Assembly (NCBI GenBank): GCA_900088475.1
Contig: FLMG01004480.1
Location: forward strand, 1 to 47,644
Origin: Hyphochytrium catenoides
Taxonomy: Eukaryota > Protista > Hyphochytriomycota
Direction: 5' to 3'
Length of the DNA stretch: 47,644 nt
The position numbers were made by a program, and so were the translations under genes. Positions 26,428 to 37,564 of this stretch are shown one piece after another. The stretch's first letter is position 1. Every line of letters begins with the position of its first letter. The notes under the pieces were generated by a model. It had not been told where the DNA came from, did not search any database, and saw only the letters and a program-made list of their open reading frames with translations.

Positions 26428-29400
26428 ATGGAAGGCCGGAATCGCAAGGCTGGAGGCAATCTGCCTCAGAGCCCGCCGAATATTGAGGTTGTCATGCGGC
26501 TTCCCGCAGTCTTTCATTCACCTTCCGGCTCTCTGGGCCGTACCATGATAGCCATCCGGACTCCACCACGGGCTCTAGATGAGCCATCAGCCATGAGTGA
26601 CGCTGGGGAGTCCCAAGCTAGCAGCACCATCGGCATCGACATCAATCAACCACACAATGTAGGGTTAAGCACCCAAGAGAGAAGAGCGGAGGGTAATCGT
26701 GCCCCATCTAAGCGCCGGCTGCGAAAGATAGTAATGCAGATAGTTGGACTCATCTGGGCGTCGATCTGCCTCATTACCGGCTTCTCGACCTCCTACTTCA
26801 ATGAGCGAGTGGATGGAACCATTGTTTGGGGTGTTCTTCTGACTCTTACAAGCAGCGGGGTGGTGCTGTGCAGCTACATCTTCCAGCCTCGCTCACGACG
26901 GCATCCCAATCAGCTGGTAATGTACCACAACCTGTGTGCTCTCATCTTTGCCATCAAGATCTTAGTGGTGGTGCTGAGCCAGTGCGCCGGTTCAACCTGC
27001 TCCCCTTTGGGTTCGGTAAGCGCAAACCTAGAATGGCTTTTCAACACTTACGCCTTACCAACGATCTTGCCTTTTCGTTGTTCTCTATGAGTTCTTCTGT
27101 ATGAATATGGAGATCTCTTCCCCTATTCTAGACCATGTTAGCCCCTCGTCTCATTAATGTCACCCTCGCGTCTTTCTTTGGATGTAGTCCTCATGCGTCA
27201 CGAACATAACGATTGAAATGTTCCTTCTGGTGGCTGGCGAGACGTGGTACTTAGCGGCCGTGATCGACCTATACGTTTCTCTTACAAATCCGTTCGCGAA
27301 TTGGGCCGCCTGTAGCAAGCTCTATCACTGCTTTGTATGGACGGCCTCCATCCTCATCTCGTCCCTTGTCTTCGTCACGGTCAAGAGGGAGGAAAACGTG
27401 GGCCCTTGTGATGTTATTCACGTGCTATTCTCCTCAGAAAAAGACGAAGTCAGAAAGGAAGAGCTAGGCAAGGCTCCGTTGGGGGAGGAGCCGATTGTCA
27501 GTTCGTTTCACAGCAATGAGGCAGCTTTCTGGACGATTTTCATGGCGATGATAGGGTTTGTTGTTCTCTTCTCCTCCTTTATCCTCGCACTTGCCTGGTA
27601 TCGCACCAGAGGGGGACTGTCGTCTGTCTCTAAAGTGCGAAAGCAGAGCTTGAGCCACGCTTTGTACAATGTGCTCATTACCCAGATCTTCTGGTTAGGG
27701 TTCTTTATCGCCTCCATGGTATACCTAGCGGAGGACCAAGAGAGAGCGAACATCTTCTTCTATCAGGTCTTCTCCTTCTTTTTAGCTGGTAGGGGCTTTC
27801 TCTCCTATTCTGCGTGGTGGTATGCCAATGACCCCATCGACTGGACCTGCTCTTTAGCGCGTTTGAAGAAGGCTCAGGCTGATTATACGCCACAGGTGAG
27901 AACGTCACTCCTGGGCTTAGCATAAGTGTCGGCTTGCTTTCCTCTAGTGGTCGGAGCCCTAGATAAACGTTTGAACTTCTTTGTGCTATCTTGTACGTTC
28001 ATTTACTTCGCACCTCTTCCTGCTTCCTTTAAATCTTCTGTGGCCCTTGTCTTCCACTAAGGTATTGCCCTCTTTTGCCAACTTACGCCACCCTGACAGA
28101 TCAACGGCCCCCTGAGAAAGGAAGTAATTTTCTTCACCCTCACTGGAGTCAAGAACGCCCTACTTAGCTCAGTTGAACTGGAATCTAGCATCACAGTCAA
28201 CGAGCTCTTCATCTCTCCCCCAGATCAGCCATGGAACGACGTCTCCTTGTGCAGCACTCCACCAGGGAATCGCCCCTGTGCCCCCACAGACTACGTGGAC
28301 TCTGCCCCCTTTTCGCCACTCGCTAGGAAGCTCAGCGACAAGTTGGCAAACTCCGAGAAGCGGTTTTTAGATTTCTCTCCTTCCGAGTTCAGGAGAGTAC
28401 GGACTGCTTTTTCAGTTGATGATGAGAGCTATCTTCACTCTCTGTCGCGGACGAAGAAGGCGCGCTTGAGCGAAGGAGCGAGTGGAGCGTTTATGTTCTA
28501 TAGCGCTGATGGTCGCTTGATTGTGAAGAGCTGTAGCAGGGAAGAGAGAGACCATCTTCACAATACAGCGAGGGACTATGCTCAATTTGTAGAGCAGAAC
28601 CCTCACACATTCATCACGCGGTACTACGGCTGCCACTCTATCTTTCTCTACTCGCAGTGCTTTAGCTTCTTAGTCATGGCCAATATTTTTGCTATACCTA
28701 AGGTAAGCCAAGCGTCTCGCTGATTCCTCAGCCAATATGCTGTTATCGTCGCCTATACACAGAGGTGTCTAACACTTCTACCCTTTCCCTGCTTTTCTTC
28801 TCACCAGACTATCCATGCACGGTATGACGTTAAAGGCTCCTGGGTGAACAGAAGGGCCACGATGCCCAGGGAAGGCATGGTGGTTACCTGCCGCAGTTGT
28901 AACGTGAGGTACCGGTATTCAGGACCCAGATCAAGAGAGAGAAAGTCCTCTGCTATGGCAGACTCAGGACGGGACGGAGCAGGGGGAGGCTTCTTTTCCC
29001 CGGACGGAAGGAGAAGTGAAGGTCTCTGTCCTTCTCTCTATCCAGGCGTTCCGGACTGCATCAATCCTCGAGGGCACGACCCTGACATCGTTCTCAAGGA
29101 CGAAGATTTCTTCAATCGCACTCCTTTACACATGGACTCTACCTCTCGGCAAGTTCTCTTGGAGCAACTCACGGTTGATGTCGAGTTTCTCTCGGCGCAT
29201 GGGGCGATGGACTACTCTCTCCTCATAGGAGTGCATAATGAGGACTATGTCGGTACTGGAGAGACCTTCCTTAGCGCTGTAGCAGACCCTACTTCTTCCT
29301 TTTCTTCTTCTACTTTCCATCGTCCTGCTTCCTCTGCCTCCCTCCCTTCAGCACCTCGAGAGAGGGCATTTACCCAGACAGAGTTGTGGGGAACAGGCCC

Positions 29401-29773
29401 TGAGTACTATTGCTTAGGAATTATAGATGTCTTGCAAACCTGGAACACCAGGAAGAGAGCGGAGAACTGTCTTAAGGCGTACTTGTGCTGTAAGGAACAG
29501 GAGGGAATCTCCGCCATCAATCCCCACGCCTACGCCCGCCGCTTCAAAAACTTTATTAGGCAGATTATCCTAAGAGAAAATCACAGCGGGAATCCGCTCA
29601 GTGAGTTCACGTCTGCCAGTGACTTTGGAAAAAGGAGTAGGAGGGTCTCGCTAAAGATGGGAGAGGAACAGAAAGTGCGAGAGAAAGAGGAAGGAATCAG
29701 GGACGTTGAGGTGGTGGGCAGCCCTCAAATGGCTACTGCTGGGGCTTATCTTCTCCATTCCACGGAGATCTGA
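26428..29773 (+). CDS. GPCR-phosphatidylinositol phosphate kinase fusion (GPCR-PIPK/GK, RpkA-like), 4 exons (26428-27015, 27188-27895, 28100-28702, 28808-29773)
   Basis: 7-8 hydrophobic helices with RRHPNQLV and SLTNPF; linker LRKEVIFFTLTGV (LR-x9-G[IV]); PIP kinase motifs SEGASGAFMFYS..LIVKS, YDVKGSW, LKDEDF, MDYSLLIGVH, GIIDVLQ and NPHAYARRF. All introns are phase 0 and GT-AG. Confidence 0.93.
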
Positions 29774-29951
29774 GAAAGCCCCAGAGCCACGGGTTCCCGC
29801 TTCCGCTCCCTTTCTCTCAAACCTCCCACACAATTAAATCTGGCTATTTATTATCTGTCAATATACCTAAGAATAATATAACGCTAGTCGGTGCCTTACC
29901 ACGAAGGTAGGTACCTGAAAAAGTATTAGCAGTCTTCAGTCTTCAGTTTTA

Positions 29952-32900
29952 CTATTCTATGGCGATGGCGCTAGTGCCTAGCTGGGCACTAGGATAGTCA
30001 AATACGGGACTGGCGGAGAAAGAGAGCCTTGGCTCTGAGGGAACCTGCTCCAACTCCAGAAACAGGAAGAGGTTCTCTCCTTGCCTGAGGAGGTACTTTG
30101 GAACATACAGAGTTTGCTGTGTCCTCATCTTTACCCAGTATCTGTTTATGTGCATCAGCATCAGTCGAATCGTATTGAAATACCCGGTTAGAATATAAAA
30201 TGGAGGGTACAAGGGAGAGAGGAAACTGTCAGAGGACTATGGCGTAGGACTCAAAGCTCTTCCTAACCTGCCGATATGGACTCCGTTGACCCAGATGTGC
30301 CCTCTGCTGAAGTTATAAGGGTGGATGTAAGTGTCCTTTAGGTCCTGGTCATCCTTAATATGGAGCTTTGCCTGCAAGAACCATGGCTCATTCCCTGCAA
30401 AGACCTTGACGGGAGAGAGTGGAAGACCGGAGATCTGGGAGGGAGAGAGAGGCAGAGTGAAGGTTTTCCAGTCTCCGCGATGAGCTTCGCCGTCGACCAA
30501 AAGCTCTCCCTCTATGCCTTTCGGGTCCCAAAGAGCCCACCCGAAACACATCCTTCCTAAGTTCTCCACCAAGATCTGAAGCTCTTCTTCACTTTCTGGA
30601 ACCGGTTGTACTGTGGAAGGGTAAATATCAGAGTTTATACCGCCACACGTTCGATGGCAAAACAGCAAAAAGTCCGTCAATTAGTGGAAGGTCGAAGCTG
30701 TTGAGAGACAACTAAAGTCCACACGTAAGAAAATCTAATGAGGGTCATGGCAAAGCATTACAAAAGAGCCATGAAGACAAAGAGTGAAGGAGAGAGATAA
30801 ATTACGACTGATAGTTCTGTTGGCTGCTTCGGGATCGCCTCGATAGATCTCTCCAGCTTTCTTTCGTCCTACGTAGAACATTCCGTGATCGCGCGGTGGG
30901 CTTCTCAGCGAAAGCGTCAAGGCTTTCGATCCTCTCTTTCCCGCCGTAAGAGCCGTGCGATAGAGTATTAGCCCTAGGTTTGGTCAACAAGAAGGGATAG
31001 GAGCTTATAAGTGTAGATGTAAAGGAGACGGCACAGAGAGCCAAAGCACGCAGAAGGTGATGCCTAGAGGGACGGCTACCAGGATCTTCTTACCATATCC
31101 CTGATCATGCTTCTCCATGTACTCCATCCCATCACTATCAATTACTCTTTCAGCCAGCGTATCCAATGCATCGAAGAGCTTCACGCCTTCAGTCATCTTT
31201 CGTTCCTCATAGGCGACCGAGGTAGGAAGGGGAGGCTCCTCTCTCTCTTCTGCGCCGTGTCTCCGCAGCAACTCTTGCATAGCAAGAAACTTGTCGGTCC
31301 CTTCAATGCCTCTATTATGCCCACCACCTTCAGCGATGGGACAGTTATAATCGTAGGATGTTATGACGGGCTGATAGATTCCGTTAAGCCCTCGATTTGC
31401 TCCATCCCAGAACCCAAAGTTGGCTACACGGGAGGGAGAAGCAGTATTCAGCAGGGTGAGCTGTCGCGTTCGTCATTTCTCACGGTGTCAGAGTGCCTCA
31501 TTTCTCTCACAGTCTCCCACCAAACTTTATGCCAAACGCAGGTTTGAACTTTCTGCTCTTTGCCCCATCCCGACATATTCTTCTTCCCATGTAAGGGTAG
31601 CTACCACCATGCCAGCTTAGAGAGCTCCTAGAATCTTACTTCCACCGTGAGCCATATAGAGGCTGAAGCTCGCGCCGGCACTTAGCATTCCATCCAGAGT
31701 GTGTACCAGTGCGAAAGTACTTAGCAGCGCCATTTTCTCTCCCCAGTGAGACAGCCAACCTGTTAGAGACGTCGCTTTAGACTTGGCGCACTTTTGTTTC
31801 TTGGTCCCTCTTTTGATCAAGGTACTCTCCCTACTTTTCCATGGTATCTATCTGTTATAATGTTTCTGCTTGCTAACCTGAATAGTACTCAGTGCACATG
31901 GCCGGACTTTTTCCCTTCGGATTGACTTCCTTTTGGGTCTTAAAGGCTGCGGCCCAGTCCGATCCGGGCCCAAAGTCACTCAGTGCTAGAACTTTCTCAG
32001 GAAGGGTGCCCCTGTCAATGAAGTCTATGGATAAGAGAGGGGCAGTCAGAAAAGCGGACGCGTTAAGGTGTAGAAAGAGGTACGAAATGCTGACGAAGAG
32101 TAAAGTGTTAGAGAGGAGCACTGTTAGAAAGGAGTTACCATATACTCGGAGGACGAGGAAGGTACAATATAAAGAAGTAAGCCACACCTCTTGGGAAGCC
32201 ATCCGTGGTGAAGATGATCACATCATGCCCCAAGTGATGTTGGAGTTTGGTCAGAAGAAACTCTAAATACTGGGTAGGATTAGCACGAACGCGGTCAGCT
32301 AAAAGAAGAGAGCGACTGCCGATGGAGCTGGAGCTAAAAGGAGAGGCAAGAGCTGCTACAAGGAAAGAAGAAGCGAGGATTCCCGTCTTTCTAACGTCTC
32401 CATGTCTCACTTTATACTCTTTCTTACCCAACGCTCTTCCTCTTTGGAACACGCTCACCACTCACCTTCCTGTCATCTTCCTTCTCCTTAGCATTGCCAT
32501 AAGAGCCATACTCGTTTTCCAGCTGCACCATAAGGATGGGACCCCCATTCGAGTAGAGGTGATCCTGCAGCCGAGGCAGGAGCTCATCGAACCATCGGCC
32601 CACTAACGGGATATAGGTCGGGTCCCAGGTGCGTAAGCGGAAAGGCTTCGGACGACTAAGCAACCACCATGGCAGACCGCCAAAGTCCCATTCTGCGTCA
32701 ATGTAAGGACCAGGACGGACAATGGCTGTTGACAGAGCATCAAAAGCACAAAGGAAAGTGGGAAATTATCAAGGAGATGATGGGAACGAGCAAAGACTCT
32801 TCTTACTACTCACATTTTGTTCTTCCCTCCTCATCCCTCACTCGGTAGCTCGCTCTCCCTCTTTCTCCTTTTCTCTCTAGTTGCAGGTTCCCTTTTTGCG

Positions 32901-33607
32901 TCTCTACGGATCTCTCTACATCTGTCTCTTTTGCCCTGTCTGCCTGTCAGCTGTCTCATTCTCTCTCTATCTCATTTGCCTCTCGTCTCGTTCTTTCTGG
33001 TCTATTCCAATCCTCTACCGCTCGTGCCACTACTGAGTCCATAAAGTACTCCCACTCTTGCCAGCATATTGGCGCGCACACCCACCATACATGCCCAGCC
33101 GCTGTATCAGGGCCATAAATTGGAAGACATTCTTGCTCCCCTCAAAGTCATAAGCTCCCTGCGCACAAGTCGAGTCAGAATTGGAAGAGAGAGAGAAGAG
33201 TCATACCTCCTTCCATTTTGTTGGACGCGCAACTAACTCACCTCCTTTTCCTCATGCAGGTTCCACGGGATGTAGAAGGTGACGCAGTTCAGCCCCATCG
33301 CCCGCATGCGCAGTAGGCGGTCCTCCCAGTAGTTGGGATGGACTCGCTGGTAGTGGATGCTTCCTGAGAAGATGCGGAACTCCTGCCCGTCCTTCAGGAA
33401 TCTGTCATTGGCAATTGTAAAGGACCTTTTACTGCTATTTCCGATGATATTCAGCAGCGCTGGCCGTGGTGCTTCTCCCAGCACTTCTACTCTAAAGTTC
33501 ATAGCCGCTATCCCTAGGAGAAAGCCTCCTAACACAAGTGTCAGCAAGAAGTAGTATCGGCACACTCTGTCTTTCCGAAAACTCCGAGGTGCTGCATTCT
33601 GATCCAT
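29952..33607 (-). CDS. GH35 beta-galactosidase (GLB1-like) with N-terminal signal anchor, ~10 exons
   Basis: [59 protein letters not shown] (acid/base), CTEYYSGWLSHWG (nucleophile), [30 protein letters not shown] and QQTLYVP. Confidence 0.95.
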
Positions 33608-34587
33608 CTCAGTAGCGGCTAGACGTGACGTAGGCTATGAGACTATCCTTTTTCTTCACCAGACGTTCCTGCTGATCTCCACGAAGCACGAAGGACTCAA
33701 GGACGGAAAGCCTTTCTTGCTGCTACGTCCACCTTCATGACCCTGGAGTCCTACCCTTCCACACAACTCTGCAATCCTCTCAAGTTAGCCTCGAGCTGTC
33801 CCAAGGATCCTTGGGCAAAGTGCAAATGAAGATCATCGCGTCCTGGAGGCGATGGCAGGGAAGATGAAGATCCGTCCGCAGATCTTTTGGCCTTTCGCGG
33901 CGAAGGTTGAAGTTTCTTATCCCAACCGCACTATTCGATGCCAGGACCCACCCATCCCCTTTGTAATTTTCAAAAGCTTCTAAAGGTTCTTCATTCACTG
34001 TTTCTTTCACCCCTCATACTTGAGGAACCCATGGTAGCCTCAGGGAAGTGAAACCTTGATCTCGGGTAAGTAAGTTTCCGCAAGTAATTGTACACTCCGT
34101 TCTGACCCGACAAACCGCTGCCTAACAACAACATCATAGCTGGCGGCGACAAGGAAGAAGAAACTCTTCACACTTGAGAAGATTCGGATCTCTAACACAG
34201 ATCTCCAGCAGAGATGATTGCCAATAAATGAAGATCGGCCATCGGCCATCGGCCACTCTGGATCTTCTCCAGCTGCACCACAAGCTTGGAGGTTATAGCT
34301 GCATTTGATGAGAGCAAGGGCGCTCGGTCAACTAATCATTCGTCCCTAGACCCCAGACGGATGAGGATTCGAGGCATGGGTTGCCTGAAGATGGGTTCAA
34401 GATTGTGAGGTCCATTGACCAGAGTGCTTAGTCATGATATAGAAACAGGAACTAAACCGAACGTGTTTGCCCATGTCCTCTCTGACCCTTTATTGGCCTG
34501 ACTTCTGGCCCCATGTTCTCAACAGTTATCTCGTTAGAACCAAAATAGCTTGATCGTCCTTCTTCATCCCTTCCTACTCAGAGCGCC

Positions 34588-37320
34588 GTGCAATACAGAC
34601 GCTGCATTTCGCAGTGCCTTGCTCTGTGTGGCTGCTCCCTTACAGCAGCGATGAGTCCCACGCCAAAGAGGCCTAAGACAAGTGGCCACCTCGCGGAGGA
34701 GAAGGAGGATGGTCAAGTTACGCCACAATGCCCAACAATAGCAGCAGCTCGTAAGGACCCAGATGAACTGAGGGCGACGGCGGAGCTCTCAATAATAGCA
34801 AGTGAAGGAGCACAAGACAGTGGTGAGCGATCTTCTTTGATTAACGCTGAGGTTGGACAAACCGAGAAAAACCAGTGGCTAGATGGAAGGACGGAGGTGG
34901 AGAGGCAACGCCGTGGAGGTGTCGGTGGCAACCGCCGCGCTGAAGTTTGGCGGCACTTTTACATAAGTGTCTTGAAGAACCGTCAGACCAAAAGATCAAG
35001 AGCCAAGTGCCGCTTCTGCGGTGAGGAGATGGACGGGAAGGTGGAGGCACTGCATAGACACTGTGAGAGAAACTGCACGGCAATTCCTGAGGACGCGAGG
35101 GAGGCTGTGATTGAATGGCGTGAGAAGAAGCCCTCTCGACTAACCGTTAAGCGCGACACTCAGCACCTCCTCCGTCACGCCTATCGATTACCGGCAGATC
35201 TTTCTCTCCCTCTGTTAGAAGCCCTTTGACCTCTACCGACTCTGGTGAGATACTTAGGGAAGATAGAGGCCAACGATCTCCAGAGATCGCGGCCCAACCT
35301 AGGATCCAAGCTTCCATTGCGTCATTCTTTGATAATAGGTCATTGGAAGCAGACCGGCAAGAACACCTCGATACTCTATTGTTACGGGCATTGGTGGACG
35401 CTGGCATCCCATTATCACTCGCTGAAAACTTCTACTTCCAGAAGTTCTTGGAGGCACTTCGTCCTGCATACTCCTCTCCCTCAACGGAAACCTTACTGAG
35501 TAGAATGTTACCTGAGGAGCACGCACGGATTGAGCGAGACGCCTCTTCGAAGCTTGCCACTGTAAAGGACATCACGATATCTCTGCATGGCAGGGAATCC
35601 TGTCGTGGCGATGTTTTCTACACTTTCCTTGCGTGCCACAGTCAATGGGATGAGCCTTTTATCATAGACATCGTTAGTGTCTCTTCCGAGCGCCACCTAG
35701 CGGAAGAAGTAGTGGAGCAGACATCAAAAGTTATTAGAAGTATGAACCTCAAGACCTCCTCGCTTGCGGCCGTCGTCACAAGCACTGCGTCTCCAGTCAT
35801 GGCAGAGTTCCGCAGACTTCTCTGCGCACAAGGCGCGTATCAACACATGCTTCCGCTTTGATGCTTTCGCCAAGACGTCAATCTCCTACTTAGCAGCTAC
35901 CTCCAGAATAGCCTATTCAAAAGCACAATGTGTGCCAGCTTCAAGCTTCTTAGCTACTTCCAGGCTTCGCCTTTTTGGGCTAGCAAGCTTCAGATATGGG
36001 CCAAAACGAACAACGTCCGACAAGATTTAGAGATCAGCCTTGACGGGCCTTGGTATGCCATTGCCAACTTTTCCTGTCAGTTCGGACCTACGAATCTGGC
36101 TTCCAACTCTGTCTGGAGCTGTCAGAGCAGGACAAGGAGGCGCCTCCACTTCCGGTGGACGTTAGTGCTATAATCTTGGACAGAACACATTTAGCCTACA
36201 ACGATTTCTGTGCGAGGCTTATGAAGCCGATGACTGCGATGACATCGGTGGTAGAGTCTAGCCAAACGACACTGGCTGACTGCCTTGTATACTTCTTGCG
36301 GCTGCACAAGGCTAGCCTTGCCCTGGCTGCCTCTTATGTAAACCCAACTCTTCTCAACCTCGTCAAACACTCCAGCGTCATTGTGGCGAAGCGCGCTCGG
36401 GAAGTTCTGAAGCAGCCCATTTATGTCATCGCCCTATGCCTCCATCCTTCATACGAAGATTTGGCTCTCTCCAGGTATTATACGGTAGATAGGGTTGCAG
36501 AAGTATTTGTGCACTTTCTGAAGAAGGTGAACATGGCTGCAAGAGAGGCAAGCGATGCACTGCTGGGGTTGAGGGACTATCTGCAGCGGAAGGTCCCTTT
36601 GCGCAGCTCCAGGCGGCATCGTACGCTGGAGGCAGCGTTTATCAGTGGTGGGGGAGGCTCGCTGACCACATTGACTCTCCTACCTTTTTAGCGCTGCAGA
36701 AGATTGCATTCCTTGTGTTCGGCATTGTTCCACAGGTTGCAGATATGGATCGACTCTTATCTGTGCCCGGATATCAGCATAGCAAGTCTCAGCATTGGAT
36801 ATCGCCGCAAACTCTGAAGCGAGTTGCTCAGCTCAAACGACACTACCGAGAGCTCACGAAGTGCACATCAGAGGAACCTGAGGAAGGGATGGCGCAAGTG
36901 GCGGTAGAGCCCCATCAAGGGAAAACCGCTGGCTACCGGATAATTGGCTCCGGGATGCAGACAGACGGAGAAAGAGGGCAGAATGTAGTGGGTGGACGCA
37001 CCATGAAGACTTGCCCCAACTTGATGGATGAGATCGACTCCTTTGAAAGAGAGAAACGAGGAGAAATCGGAGAAGTGGTTCCTCTGAACGGCCTGTCGCC
37101 AGAGAGAGCAGAGGCCTTTCTATGTACGCTCCTATCACAGATGACGACTGCCTATAACGAGGACAAGGCCGCCCAAGAAGTTGAAGAGTTAGCAGAACTA
37201 AGGTCTGGAGAAAGAATCAATGATGGAGGCTTGGACATGAACATGAATATTGAAGATCTATTTTATCTGGACCACCCACAATTATCGCTAGATAGCATAA
37301 GAACAGGTCCTTGGAGGTAG
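34588..37320 (+). pseudogene. BED zinc finger plus hAT transposase-derived sequence, disrupted by ~3 frameshifts and one in-frame TGA; catalytic DDE residues appear substituted
   Basis: BED finger VWRHF...AKCRFC...LHRHCERNC; GIPLSLAENFYFQKFLEALRPAYSSPS; L*CFRQDVNLLL (CxxH-like region); TTLADC; ALCLHP; WW...LQKIAFLVFGIVP..ADMDRL (hATC dimerization). Frame changes occur near 35150, 36070 and 36598, with TGA at 35859-35861. Confidence 0.85.
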
Positions 37321-37564
37321 CCAGCTTAATTCGATGACTCTCTAGTGCCATCCTAACATAGTCCGTCGCCCTAAGTATTACGTAGCTCAACATTGAGCCT
37401 CTACGATCTTTCTCAGCTCCAACCTACAATAAGTGTTAGACATAACGGGACGCGATCCCTGCCACGATCTCAACCACAGGAGCCAAGGGAAGATGATGAT
37501 TGCGAAGGACAAGAGGTCACAGAACCGATGTCAGGACGAAAGGGTGCGGTTTAACTGGATCTCA

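Noticed and set aside
33780-34249. Two short - strand ORFs between GH35 and the hAT relic
   Set aside because: No recognisable motifs or splice structure.
35859-35861. In-frame TGA next to Cys in the hAT ORF as selenocysteine, readthrough or an alternative genetic code
   Set aside because: The same sequence has several frameshifts, TGA ends other genes here (e.g. GPCR-PIPK), and no SECIS is evident. A CGA/TGG->TGA mutation is simpler.
35140-36610. Programmed frameshifts or tiny introns repairing the hAT ORF
   Set aside because: No shared slippery motif. The one small GT..AG candidate (18 nt near 35146) would not change the frame.
34300-37560. TIRs and 8-bp TSD around the hAT-like gene
   Set aside because: No convincing inverted terminal repeats were found by eye.
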